From Thalia democratica (taxonomy: Eukaryota): DNA of 64,000 bases. This document shows positions 13,728-27,290 of this stretch, one piece after another. The stretch spans positions 38,006,001 through 38,070,000 of the forward strand of contig OZ241830.1 in the NCBI GenBank assembly GCA_965202585.1. The letters are read 5' to 3'. Under the pieces are notes generated by a model, which was not told the DNA's origin, searched no databases, and worked only from the letters and a program-made list of their open reading frames with translations. Each line of letters opens with the position of its first letter. Positions within the stretch are counted from its first letter, which is position 1. The position numbers and the translations under genes are program-made.

Positions 13728-16700
13728 AGTTTATTTTTAAATATTTAAGTAATTTTGATGCTAAAATTTTAAGTTTGAATTAATCGTACTAACTGCTTGG
13801 CTTTTAATCTAATTGTTATTTGTTTAGTTTGTAGTTTTATCAGTATTTAGCTTAAGACTGGATAATTATAACTTTTACAAAATTTTTAGTAAATAAAGGT
13901 GTTTATTTTAATTAGTTTATAGATTTTTTAATGCAGTTTTAATATCATTTTAAAGTAGACATAAAACATATTTTAAGTAGACATTTTTAGAAATCTCTTC
14001 AACACAAATACTTAAACTTTGTAATCAAAATTTACTCAAAGTTTTAATTTTACAGATCTTAAACTTTACTTCAATGTAGCATTTAATAACTTTTGTTTTG
14101 ATCTTTAAAGAAATATTCAGCATAGTTAAAAATTCTAATAACCGTTTGGGTTTTTTCTTGTACTTAGTATCACCTAAACTGCCTAGCTTTCTACAGTTTG
14201 TTTTGTCCTGAACATAAGTGTCTTAAACTTTTTTGATTCGTGTCTTAAATTTCATTCCAGTTTTAAGTTGTTGCTTTTAATAGCTATTATTTGATTGGTC
14301 AAAGTGCATTTCTAAAACTTGTTTTGGACATACTTAAAAAATCATGACTTTTTGTCTTATTATGTTTATTAATATGCTGTATTTAAACTGATTTAACCTG
14401 CTTAATCTTAGTAATCTGCATATATGTTGGTTTAACTTTAGAACTAAAGTTTTGAACCTTTAGATTTCATGGTAAGTTTTTGATCAGTAATAAAAGTTTC
14501 ATTCATTTTTGCAGCAAATCGAACTTAAGATAATGAAGTTTAAAAATCAGCCTTTGTTTACAATATTGTGACACAAAGCTCAAATTAATATTTTAATCTT
14601 CAATTGTGTGCCTATTTATTTTATTGTTTTATGTTTTGCACTCTTTAGTATGATAATATCGTTTTAATAATAATAAAGTCATAAATAGTTACCCGTTTGT
14701 TTACTTTTATCATGGTTTCAAGATGTTGTAAGTACAATAAAACATATAAAACGTTTTAAAATAAATAACTTTATTCAAGAACTAGTTATGTGTTTTTATA
14801 CTCTTAAAACTAACTTCTGTATATTACAACTGCTTATCTAAAAAAGAAATTTCGCAATCGTAAATGTTTCATAACTATATAGAAATCGTAGAAAATTTAC
14901 TACATTCACAAAGTCCTTGTTAACTTTAATGTAAAGTTTCAGATTCTTAGCATTACAAGTATAAGTTCGACATTTATTGTATGTAAACAAAAATATTTTC
15001 ACATAAAATGTAAGCTAATGTTTGTATTATTTAACAATTTACAACCGTGTTTTTTAAAATGACAGTTTTTTTTTTTTTGACTATAAGTTAGTTTTTATTT
15101 TATACATTTCTTGAGTTTTTTTTTCTTTCAAACTAAGAAGCATTTACCAAACCTACCCGTTCGATTAGTTGTATAATTCTGAAAGAAATGAGTTTCAAAG
15201 CTAAATAATGATAATGGTTATCGAACTTTTTTAGTGTCCTGTTTAAAAAGTTGAGTGTGCTGTATTCAACGGAACACAAAAGTGCATTTAGTTTGATGCT
15301 AAGATTTTAATTTTAGTTTCGACGCTTTTAAGTACACTTTTATGCGTACAACCACGATTTTATCTATTACTTCTACTTCTAAAAAAATTAAAAAAAAAAG
15401 TGTAAATCTTTCAAAAAAAAGTTATAAGAAAAGTATAAATGATAATTTTTAATAAATTTAATTAGTTCTTACTTAAGATATGTCATCTTAAAAAAATATT
15501 GACTGTATAAAGCTCTTATACAATTTTTACTCTTAGTGGTACTAAAATTAATAAAAAATAGCTAAAAATTAATTAATACTTACAGTTTATTATATGCTTT
15601 TATTTTTACAAAACAAATCAAGAAATCGTAACTACTAGAGGAGAAACAATGCACTTATTCATTCTTTATACTTATAATTTATGTGCGGTATTAGTTAGTA
15701 AAGATGATTATTTATTAAGTAAAGCATTTTTAAGTTTAAAAAGTAAATTTTTTAAACTCATCATACTCTTTTAAATCTAGTAATTTTCTTTCACCATTAT
15801 TTCTAACACTCAGCTTACACAGTAGACCCACAATTGGTGTTAAGAATTATTAAATTTTTCTTTGAAAGTTAGTGACCCGAAAGCCTATTTTCTAGCGCAT
15901 GTAGACCTTAAAATCAAGTTAAAAGTTTCCGTTTGCAACAAAGTTTATGCCAGTTGGCGCAAGGTAATTTAGGTGTTTGTACATTGATAAGCTTTTTATT
16001 TCAAAAAAAAACCAACTGTCTTTTAGATATTACTTTCACTTATTTATTTATAGTGTAAAAGAGAAATTTTAAAGTTTCGTTTAAGAAGTTTGTCCTAGTA
16101 ATTAGTTTGTTTTCATTTGAGGTTTTTCTCAAAAAAAAAGTAATTGTTATTTTATTTATAAAAGTTTTAATACTTTAGTTCTTTTATTGTAAACTTTTAT
16201 CGTTGATTCGCTTAAGAATAGTTTCAATTGTTTATCTCATAAATTTTAACAATAATCGATATTGATATTTCAGCACTTGGTTAACTATAAATTTTAAATT
16301 GTTACCTAATTTTTATTTTATGAATACTTTTTAGATTTTAATACACTTTCAGTTTATTCTTACTAAGATTTCGCGTTGAAAAGTCTTAGTCAAAATATCT
16401 TTACAACAACTTTTTATTATAATATTTGGTTTGTTAAATGCTTTAAAACAGTTATAAAACAATTTTCACATGACTCAAATATAATATCCTTTAGTTTTTT
16501 TAGTCACCGTATTCATTAAAAATACTCTAGATAGCTTTTTTTTTTTATTTCAGTAATTAGCTTTGGTAGAAGTTATTTTTGAATATAAAAATTTTATGTA
16601 TATCATCTACTAAATATTTACAAGCTGTTCCAACGCAAAAAATATTAAATCGCCTTATTTGAATTTTTAGTTAAACTAATTTTATCAGTATAAAAAAAAC

Positions 16701-17089
16701 ATAAAACTAAGTTATTTAAAAAACTACTACTTTAAGTATGATAAATTTTGTTCGAACACGAACTTTTTGCCTAGTATGAAAAGATTAATTATGTATAATT
16801 TTGAACTTTATTAATATAATTTTTTTTACTATTAGATATACTGATCATATAAAAAGTTTCGAATCCAATGTTGCTTATAATAAAAATCTTATGATAACTT
16901 TTCAGTATAAACTAAAGTTTTATTTGTAGCTTCATTTTATTTAGTTTATAATTACCATATATTAAACTAATGACTCTTACAAAGTTGCTTTTTTTCTAAA
17001 CTTTAACATTTTAAGTTCAACTTTTTTACGTTAATTAAATTCTACCCAGCCTGCCTGTATTTTAAAGTATATCAAAAAAGCTGTAAAAT

Positions 17090-18985
17090 ATGTCTGATTG
17101 GGAAAAATTGGGCGTACTGTTTGAAAAAGATTTAATAGTTTGGATGATCTTTCGAATATTTTTCTACCTGTTCTGGCTATTTCCTGCTCTCAAAGCATTT
17201 CGGAAAAACTTGCACTCTCAGATGTTCTATTATTTAGGTGCCGCAGTTTTAAACATTGTAAGTAAATTGTTTGATTTTTATTCTTTATTCTGTTAACACA
17301 CGTGGATTTTGTTACTTAGAGTATTTACTTTATTATTTTACAACATTATACGGTCAAAAAAGATTTAAACGCTGTAACATAAATATATTTAAACGACCAG
17401 ATTAGTATATTATTTTTTTTAATTACAATGCATTACTTCAGATCCTTTCCTCACTTAAAATTGTTTTATACGTTGTTTCAATAACTGATGAAAAAGGAAT
17501 GTCGGAGTCTTTTAGCATTGTTAGACACTACTCTTTTATTCTATTTCTTGCAAGGTATTCTATAGGCTTAGCAATTGCTACTTCAATTTTAAGACTGACA
17601 TCTTTGAAGTCGTGGATGGTGTTAGTTTTAATATTTTATTTTATTAAAAGATACAATTTTAAATAATTTTTTTTAGTTGTTTACCTCTTTAAACTGCAAC
17701 ATTTTTATTTAGGTTTAAAAATTAACATTGAAAAATGTAGTTTTTTTATCTAAAAATATACTTATACCAGTTCTAATTGAATAACTTAAAGATTAATTTA
17801 AGTGTTTTAAAAATAGAAATGTATAACTGAAAAATTAGAACAATTAACAAAATTTCTACTTGGATTTTAACTTAAAACTTAATTAAAGGATCAAAAAAAA
17901 CTTTTAACTGCTTGATAGTGTTATTTTTATTTAAATCTAAACTAATCTCAAAGTGTATATGAATTTTCAGATCAATATTTTCGAATATGTTCAGTGTGCT
18001 GAATGTTTGTGTTTTGTTCGGTATGCATCCAGAAGATATCACTTTTATAGGAATTCCTGTTGGCACCGCAGTTTTACTGTGTTTTTGTAACTATGTGAGA
18101 TTTTAGCGTTTTTTGTGTTCTATTTCACTTTATTTTTTAACTACTTGTTTATTTTAATATTAACAATTATTTGTTACTTTAAAATATATAACTAAAGTTT
18201 TAAACCAATATGGTTGTATAAATTAAAATAGTTTAGCTTTTTTTCACTTGGATTTAACTAAGAAGAACCTAGATGTTCTTAAGTATCAGAAATTCTAAGA
18301 TTCCAATTGTACATTCAATAGGTTCTGTCTATGAGCTTAACAAGAAAGTTGCCAATGTCTTTCAGAAAATTTAAAATTTACGTCACGCCCAGTCTCAACC
18401 TTGGAATTCTCGCGCTGATAGCAAAAGTATCGCTGAATGAACAGTTAGTTTTATTTGTAAATAAAATTCATTAACTCGTAACTTTATAACTAATAACTTA
18501 AACTAGTAGCATCGTTTTGGCTCCGCTATCATTTAAAAAACACTAGACTGCGCTTCAACACTTATCGAAACAATCTGCGAACGGTTTAAAAACCAAACGC
18601 GCGTCACAGTCTAGTACTTTGTAACCTGACACTAGTTTTAAGAATATGGTCTTCTTTAGTTTTAAATAATTTTATTTTTACTGAAATATTTTAGCATCTA
18701 AAATTAGAATGAATACTGCGTTTATATACTTTAAGTAGACTTCTTTCATTTATTTTTTAGTAACCTCACAAGCTTACAATTAAATTCAACAGCGTCGGAG
18801 AAATGGTTTTCTTCTTCGTAACGGCGGTGATGCTGCTCTTCCAACTGCAAGCGATGAGGGACGGAAGCACGAACAAGCAGTACAACTTCGATGCGGCAGC
18901 TTTAGCGTACAACCCGATCGAGTCTGTTCCTTCCATTGCGCCTTGCTGCACGTGCTTCTGCAACGTGCTCGATCTCTTCATATGA
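17090..18985 (+). CDS. MYMK: 5-exon Myomaker (TMEM8C)/TMEM8-like multi-pass membrane protein, 261 aa, highly diverged
   Basis: Exons 17090-17257, 17442-17620, 17971-18094, 18322-18443, 18793-18985; phases 0,2,0,2; 786 nt. Colinear blocks with vertebrate MYMK (recalled from memory): LFWLFPALKAFRKNLHSQMFYYL ~ LAFLPTVSIAAKRRFHMEAMVYL; IPVGTAVLL ~ GPIGTAILI; YVTPSLNLGILALIAK ~ QIGPGLCFGALALMLR; C-terminal PCCTCFC ~ LCCACV. An in-frame stop lies upstream of the ATG, so there is no TMEM8A/B-type ectodomain. The gene model is firmer than the orthology. Confidence 0.7.
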
Positions 18986-20289
18986 GCTCGTTGAAAATGG
19001 TGTGTACTATATTTATTTCAACAGCAAGTAGACTCTCTCGTTTACACCTGTGATTATTAATATGTATCAGTTGCTTGAATGAGTATCAATGTAAAAATAT
19101 AACTTTCATAAAATTTGTTTTATTTTGCTGAATTAGTTGCTTCAATCTATGATCTTATTGATATTTAAAATTTTAATGTTCTATACACGACCATTTTAAA
19201 GTAAATCCTATTTTTAAAGTACATGCTTATTTTAAACTAAATCATTAAAGTAAAATTATCTTCTTCACTTTATGGTTTTAAAAGCCTAGTTTATACTTTA
19301 TAAGATAACTCAATTACCATATTCAAAAATTAAGGTTCTTAACAAAATCTATCTTAAGCCTTTAGCTTATTAATCTATGCGCTTTAAAACGTTTAAAAAA
19401 CAGAATATTATAAGAAGTAATTAATAAAAACTTAAAATTAAAAACTTTTTTAATAGCATAAGTTTCCATATTTTATGCAAGACTTTGATTTTTTACTTAT
19501 TTTATTCTTAGACTTTATTTTTGTACTGTATTATTAGTATTATGAATTAATATTAATTTTACAAAAAGCTTGGTACTTTATTTTTTATAAATTATCTTTT
19601 TATTTTCACTTTGACAAATTAAAATCCAATATAATACTTGTTAGAGCTTCTGTGACAAGGATTATAAACTGTACTACTAATTAGATACCGAAAATAAATG
19701 TTAGTGGACGAGTAAAGTGATAAACTTAATTTAACTCTGTGCTTAAACACATTAGTTTTACGACAAACAACCAAAGTACATGCTTGCATAAGCTGCATGT
19801 ATAATTTGAGGTAATAACAAACAAACTTGTAAAAAATAAATAACCTAATTTGTAGAGTGTGTGTGGTTAAACATACAATTTGTTACATGGTATGGGGGAA
19901 ATATAAATTGGAACATAACTGACCATTAAAACATTGAAGAAACACAATTTCCATAACACTAAATATACTTCGAGCAGCTCTTATCAGTAGAGTAAAAAGC
20001 TAAAAAGATAAGATTTTACAAATTTATATAGTAACCAAATAATCATAAAGTAATCAAGAGATCAGTAAGACAAAAGCAATTAGTAACAATTAAAATCATT
20101 TAAGTTTACTTATATTATAATTAACCTACAGCTAAACTATACATTAACATAATGATAACAACACACCTTATAAAGTATTATGAAACAAAAAAAAAACAGT
20201 ATAATAAAAATATTTTGCTTACATAAAACAGGTTTCCTTAACAAAATATAGATAGCATTCTAGTTCGATTAAATCAAAAAAATTACTAT

Positions 20290-20885
20290 AAATTTTAACT
20301 AATTATAATCTATTTAGATTATAATTGTTCGCGAATGTAAAGTTATTTACAAAATATTCTGAAATGGACGAACAATTAGATGCATTTAGAACTTTAACCG
20401 GTATATCATCCTTCTTTTCTGCATAGCAAAAATTCTCTAAAATCTTTAGGACATGCTCTTTTATCCTTTTTCTTAGATGTCTTGTTATCAAGCAAATATA
20501 GCTTGCTTTACAACAGCAGCTGAATTGGTAAATTACCATAATTTTATCTAAGTTGGATATTTAATCTTTACCATCTGGTGTTAATAATGGTTGTTTTGAC
20601 GTGAAGACAATCTCTGGGTTTGCTGCATAATAAATATTTCTTTTCATTTGTACAACTTTGTTTTCTAACATTTCTGAAATTTTGTTAATGAATGGAATTT
20701 TATAAGTAAGTACAAATTTTTCAGGTCCTAATGTCTTTCTTTTGTCCAAATGTTTCAAGTTTAAATTGATTATTTTGTTATAGACTATTGTGGGTTTTCA
20801 TTATTGTTTAGCAGTAACTTGATCTGTTTGATTTCACTTGGACGTAACTCTGAGGAACAAATTTTATGTGCATGATGACACTGAG
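20290..20885 (-). mobile_element. Penelope-like retroelement remnant (RT-linker plus GIY-YIG endonuclease)
   Basis: HAHKICSSELRPSEIKQIKLLLNNNENP (~20790-20875), then YKIPFINKISEML..IVFTS, then VIYQFSCCCKASYICLITRHLRKRIKEH (GIY-YIG) in successive broken frames. Confidence 0.8.
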
Positions 20886-21479
20886 TTCAAATTAATTTCA
20901 CTTTTAATTAACTACAATTAAATTAAAAATTCAAATAACAACCTAAAAAGGCTCTCTTTCTATACACCGATATTTAAAATCTATTTTCTTCTCGTTTAAC
21001 TTATACATCTAAAAATTAAAAATCATTATTACTTTCTTTTTCCATTGTGAAACTAATAGAGTTATGTGCACAATTATATTTTTTTGATATTTCTAAAACC
21101 ATCGATTTTAGCATCTTAATGTACTGAAACAAATCGCCAGTTTAATTAAATTTGTTGTAATTCACAGCCTTATTATTTTTTTTTTCTTTTATCAATTTTT
21201 TATCTAGGAAATGGCCAAGGCAAATGAAAGTAAAATATACATCATTTTGATTTGGGGCCAAATCGTAAAAGATATTAACATTATTTATAAAATAAACATT
21301 TAAGAGTTTAAATAACATGCAAAATAAGGGAAAATAAAAATAAAATTAAAAAATAATAATTATTTTTGGTTCTAAAACGATACTAATGAAAAAAAACAAA
21401 AAAATACCTTTATTTTTGGAGGGACCCCATGAAATAATTCCAACCCTAAACCAAATATTTTTTTTCAAATTAAAGACTA

Positions 21480-21715
21480 AGGTGCTGGTAACCAAAATAT
21501 TTTAGAAATAACTAAAGGCTATAACTATTTTAAACCGCTTTTAGGAAAAGAGTATAAAAATAAGTGTCCAATTTCCCAAAGATGTATAACTACTTCTTGT
21601 AGCATTGTATTAACATTAAAATAAATTGAGTCTAAAAATTTTTGGGTGTATAGGATTAAAAGTTGAACTAAAATTAGATTGCCAATAAAATTAAGGATGA
21701 AGTTTAACAATTATT
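21480..21715 (-). mobile_element. Probable LINE ORF2 3'-end remnant
   Basis: Minus-strand QSNFSSTFNPIHP...YNATRSS resembles the CR1/L2 C-terminal HxYNTR region. Heavily decayed. Confidence 0.35.
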
Positions 21716-21788
21716 TGTCAGTGAGCTTAAATAGTTATAAATTTCAGTTTATTATTGAAAACAAACGTAATTCAGAACATGCTTTTAA

Positions 21789-22140
21789 CAGGGTTGCCAC
21801 TCGTTTTTTCAAAAAAATTTCCAGGTTTTCTAAATTTCTTCCAGGTTTTTAAAAGTACACATTTTTATGTATATTATTAGTTTAAAGTTAAGTCTTTGGT
21901 ATAAAATTGTGTTAAGTAGTATAAAAGCAATGAAAAGATACTCTAAAGCTACTTGAATATGTTTTTTAATAAAAAAAAATTTGATAATGACAAAAAAAAA
22001 TATTTATTTGATAGAATTTTCGAGTCAAATCGAAATTTTACTACTGAACATGTGAAAACTGTTAAAAGTCTAAGTTTTTTTAGTGATTTTTGTTGAAAAT
22101 TCCGGGTTTTTCCAGGATTCCAGGTAAAGTCGCAACCCTG
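21789..22140. mobile_element. hAT-like MITE (CAGGGTTGCCA termini)
   Basis: cagggttgccac at 21789 and gtcgcaaccctg ending at 22140, with subterminal ccagg repeats. TSD not clean. Confidence 0.7.
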
Positions 22141-22902
22141 TTTTTAACAGCCACACTACACAATGTAGTAATAATAAGAGCTGATTAGTTTTATTTAATT
22201 TTTTTTTTGCTAAATAAAAACTTTTCTCTAGTATAAATTAAACAGATGTTCATCAGAAATTTTTTTATAACAAATCATGATTTAAACATAATTACATTTA
22301 GATACAATTTCTAAGTTCAAGTACATTAATTAAATACTGAATTTAGTGCTAATAGTGACAATAGCTTTTAAGTATTGTTGTGGTAAAATATATTTTTATT
22401 TGTAGCAATAAAAATTAAATTTCTTTATTAGTAATTGTCAAATTTTTTCGCATGTAATTGGGTTTTGATCAAACAAAAATCTTACTTTTCATACCTTAAG
22501 AAAACACTAAAAAAATTTGTTTAAACTAAACTCTTGATCTGAAATTTAAATGTATTTTATAAACACGTTTACAAAAATATCAATTTAACTTATTAGAATT
22601 TAAAGTAACATACAAAGATATCGACAGATAACATATTAATCTTTAGCACCCTGGCTATCAAAACAAGGTGTTAATTTAATTATTAAACACTTTTTTGATT
22701 TATAAATACAAGAAATTAAAAGTTGATTGATTAAGAAAAAACACTTTAATTAAAGAGAAATCACATTTAATACATTATTTATTTTTTTGTGTTTATATTA
22801 AATATTTTTTTTTTCTTAATTTTTTAGGATAACATTTTGGTTTAAATAAATTAATGTAAAACATCTTATGTATATCTTTAAGAAACAAATTTATGATTTC
22901 AG

Positions 22903-23065
22903 TAGTGATCTACAAGATTCAAGTATTGAGATTCATATCAGGAAAAATAATAATGCCTTTTTAGACTTTGGTCCATCAAGATCCCAACTTGAAAATGTTA
23001 TCGGATCTGGCCAGATCTTTGTAAAATTTAAAAAAATATTTGTGTTCAGATTTGGTAGATCACTA
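22903..23065. mobile_element. Small MITE with TAGTGATCTAC TIRs
   Basis: Perfect 11-bp TIR (22903-22913 and 23055-23065). A partial second copy with the same right end atttggtagatcactag ends near 23770. Confidence 0.55.
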
Positions 23066-24369
23066 GACTTTTTATGCCTAAATTATTATTTTATAGCTTA
23101 GAAAACTTTAAAGTGAAAAAGTCTTTACCACTTTTTAGCGTCTTAACAGATAAAAAAATCACTTTGGTTATAGTATCTTACAGTTTAAAAATAATTATCT
23201 TTTTAATAATGTCTTTCATAGAATGATGCATATCAGTATAAAAACAAACTTCACACCTTCATACTGATAGAAAAAAAAAATTATATAATTAAACCGTATA
23301 TATTTTATGCTGTTTTAAAACTCAATAAGTTTTAAGCATTTTTTAAAGTCTATATTCTATTTCTCGTAGTAAATACAAATAACAAAAACACAAGTTAATT
23401 GTTAATGTGGCCAGTAAGAATATCAAAAGATTCAAACTAAGATCCTGTGCATGTAGAATTTTTTCTTTTGTTTTAGAAAAACGCTCATTTTTTTTTTAGT
23501 TTAAAAAAAAAATATTCTAAAAAATATATAATACTGTTCTATTTATTTATCAAACATTGATTCAAATTTTTTTATGAAATAAGTAATAATATAATACATA
23601 AATACTAAATTTAAACTTGTAATCTATTTACACTACAAGCAACTTCTTAGGAAACAACCTTTAGGACAGAATTGTAAGACAAAATATTGATCTAGATTCG
23701 GCCTGATCTTAATTTAAAAATTGGAGATTTTGTTTGGGACAAATTGGAATAGAGATTTGGTAGATCACTAGCTTTCAAGTTAATTAAAAGTAAAATTTGC
23801 TAAACATTAACCTATTTCTAATGATTCTTCTTATAAGTTTAAGTTAGATAAAAATTCAATTTTATGTTTTTTGTTTATTAATTAGATGAGTTTATTTTAG
23901 AAAAAAACTTCTTCAGTTTTCATCTAATGGCCGAAGGAAAGTGCTTTTGTTATTTTAGTGTTTTTGTTAGCTATTATCAAACCAAAATAATTATGCTTAA
24001 TTTTAAACAATGTTACAAAATGGAACAATATGTGAGCAGCTCAGTTCTGCAATTCTTTGTTTCATTTATCATTTCAATACTTTTTGTTGTAAAATTATTA
24101 TCACTCATAAGTTATGTATAATGTATTTTCATAACAGAGTGATTAGTATTTACAAAATAATTTTTTAACTTTGCAAACCTCTTGTATAAGTTTTTGATTA
24201 GTTTTTAAGCACAAACCATGAAGTTTGATAAGTAAACTCTACTACATTCATTAAAAACACTGGCTTTTAGTGAAGCTAATAACAAAGTAGTAATTAGGTG
24301 TTGGCTACAATATAAGATATCACATTCAACATAGTAAGTAATTTACCAGGCCTGCATAACATATTACAT

Positions 24370-24556
24370 CAGGGTTTCCAAAGGGGCCAAAAGAGCAAAG
24401 GGGACCAAGGGGGGTCATGAGGTCAAGATTTGAAACTTACACTAGATAGTCCGAAGTTGATGATGAAGAGCAAAAAATAAGGTAGTAAGTTTATTTAAGA
24501 ATAGTTGTTTTTTAATTTCTTTAAAGGGCATATAAAAAAAAATTGGCTAAACCCTG
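24370..24556 (+). mobile_element. hAT-like MITE (CAGGGTTT family), 187 bp
   Basis: TIR cagggttt/aaaccctg. 8-bp TSD tattacat/tattacaa (7 of 8 match). Confidence 0.8.
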
Positions 24557-25568
24557 TATTACAAAAAGCCACACCAGTTTAGTATAAAAATGTAAAGCTA
24601 AAATTGGTAATATAAAAAATGTAAAAAATACAAATCTAAAAACAACTTTTAATTAAGTTTTTACTACTAAATATTTTTCAATACTTAAGAATAACAGAAC
24701 TTTTTTAAAGGAATTTACTTCAGCAAAATTTTCAAACTTAATATCATTAATGCTTAGTTAAAAATAATAATTAGAGATAAAACAACTAACCTTTACTTTT
24801 CTGATTTACTGTTTAAAATTTCCTTTTCTCAATTTACCCATGTTTTTTTAGTACAACAAATTAATATACTATATTCGTCAGAAACTCTGGAAATTTTAGC
24901 AATCAATTAAAATCATGTTTTTAGTACTTGACAAACAGAAATCTGTTTATTGTACAAAATAAGTAATAAAAATAGTCAAAACTATTTATTAAATCTGAAT
25001 GTTTAGTCAGATAGTTAATGAGTATACAAGTATAAGTATTTTATATAGAAAAACTGTAAATAGTTATCAATAACAATAGTAGGTTTGTAAACAAATTTTT
25101 ACCAACTAGTTCAATCAACAAAATAATGAATAAAAGAATCTCATTTTATATAATGTATTAAATAGAGTAATATCAAAAATTAAGATAAGTTTTACTAATA
25201 TATTTTTAAATTAAACCAAAATTTTCGAAATTAACATAATTATAAGTAGACTTGGATATCAATATATTTGGTCATATAATTAGGATTATCTGATCATTGG
25301 CTAATTGTAGTCTTAAAATCAAGTCTACGATCTCATTCAAACTATTCAATTATTACTGTAACCAAATTAAGCTGAAGATAACAATATACAAACAGTTATA
25401 ATCTTTTACACCAAGCTGTCATTATCTGATTTTATTTTCTACTAATTTCTGTTATTTAAACGTCTGTTTATTATACTATTACATAAGATAAATTACTTAT
25501 AGTTAAAGTTGTATTTTCATGATAATATTTATACTGTATCATAGATTTAATTGTTGAAAAATCAATTA

Positions 25569-26342
25569 CAGTAACCTCTCGCTTATTTACGCACATTGTG
25601 TCCACAGAAAAAGTGCATAAAGATATGAGAGATCGTAAAGAAACAAGAGGTACAAAATATACTCACTATAATGGCTGTTTTTTTTTTAATATTGCTTCTA
25701 GTTAAAAGCAGACTGGGCACTTTCCCTCTTTAAACTATTTGTTTACTTTATTTATAAATGTGAAAACAACAGATAAAACTATACATATATTAAAAAAAAG
25801 GATTTAAATTTCTATAAAATAATAATACGAGTAGAAATAATTTTACTATTTTAATAATAAGTAGAAATTATCTTTATTTATATGTGACATTTATATTCTA
25901 TTCTACTTAGCAAATTCAATTTATAATTAAGCATTTCTTTACAATTATAAAATGGTGTTTATTAATATATAAGGCAAGACTGCTGTATTATTTCTTTGTG
26001 TTTTAAACTCTCATTATTTCAATATACTTTCATTATTAAACACAGTCATATTTTTTTCAGAATTTTTATTTAATCTCATAATGTTAACAAAATTTCTGGT
26101 ATACTGAGGTATAACTAAATGTTTATCATTTAGTCAAGGAACATAAATTTACAAAGTCTAAAGATATAGAGGTGTGTTAGCATTCAAAAACATATTTTAA
26201 TTTAAAAATATACATTAATCCTAATTTGTGCAGTATAAAAAAAATTAAAATTTTTATTTTTTGAATTTTATAGAATTCTGAAATGCGTAACTAAACGAGA
26301 GTGCGTAACGTCACGAGTGCGTAAAGATCCGAGAGGTTACTG
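25569..26342 (+). mobile_element. pogo/Tigger-like (Tc1/mariner) MITE, copy 1, 774 bp
   Basis: TIR cagtaacctctcg/cgagaggttactg, TA TSD, subterminal gtgcgtaa repeats. Near-identical along its length to 35568-36327. Confidence 0.9.
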
Positions 26343-26979
26343 TAAATGTTTCTACTATGTAAAAGGAGATTAAATACACTTTTAATTTTTTAGAAAATTT
26401 ATTTGTCAAGCTTATTTTGCTTTAAGAGCTTACCAGTGCTTAAAATAAACTAAATACTCTGAAAAAAAAAATTTAACAGTCATGGAAAGTGAAGTGTTAA
26501 TTAAAACCTGAGCAAAAACATAACTATACTATGCAATTCAAAACTAATTGTTACCTATAGTTCTTATTTTAGAGATTTATAATTCAATGAACTATTATCA
26601 TATTAGTTATATAGTATTCAGCTTAAAATGTTTTTGTATTGATTTTAAAATTGTATAGTTTTGCTTTTGCATTGTTTGCAAATAAATTAAAAAAATAATA
26701 GTATTTATAGAATTTTCTTATGGTATAAGTAAAATTTAATCATGTATTCACAGCTTTAGATTACTTTTGTTGGCAGTGAGTAATAAGTTTTAGTGATTTA
26801 TATGTTTGCAGGTATCTTAATTTAGTTGTAAATTGATTGACTACCTGTTGAGAAGTTAAACTTGAACATTATTTCTACTTAGTGATTCCTCTTTTTAAAT
26901 TTTAAACTTAATAAAAAAAATTTAAACTAAGATGCATAAATTAAAATTGAAAATGCTTAATTATTTTTTAATATTTTTG

Positions 26980-27290
26980 TTGTAGACTGTATAAAAAATA
27001 GTTACTATACAATTACTCTAACAATAATTTCAAGGGCTTTTTTGTTCTTTCTTTAATTATAGTAATTGTTATTGTTTTCTGAACAAAAAAGGCCCTCAAA
27101 ATAATTGTTTTTAGGACCTGGTGTAAAAAAAAATTTTTGGTTATCTAAATGTACACAACTTGGATTTAGCTTAACTCATTTCCAGGACATATGCAAAGTT
27201 TAAGATGTTTATAGTAGTTAGGTAAATTTTTGCAGTTTTAGTAACAACCAATGTACTATTTTTCAAGATATAAAACTATCTAAAAAAACA
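26980..27290 (-). mobile_element. L2/CR1-type LINE fragment, same family as 2230-2820
   Basis: Nucleotide similarity to 2230-2450, e.g. aaaggccctcaaaataattgtttttaggacctggtgtaa vs aaagccctcaaaaagtttggtctgaggacttggtataa. Confidence 0.55.

Noticed and set aside
15896-15963. Candidate extra 5' exon of the MymK-like gene (ttttctag|...gcgcaag|gtaatt)
   Set aside because: Splicing to the acceptor at 17049 meets stops before the ATG, so at most it is UTR. Splice-like signals are common by chance here.
14000-17089. Muscle (MRF E-box) enhancer upstream of the MymK-like gene
   Set aside because: Only scattered CANNTG hexamers at about chance frequency, with no CAGCTG cluster seen.
24990-25500. LINE 3' remnants at 24990-25500 and 37300-37900
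   Set aside because: Peptide resemblance is too decayed to support by eye. BLASTx would be needed.
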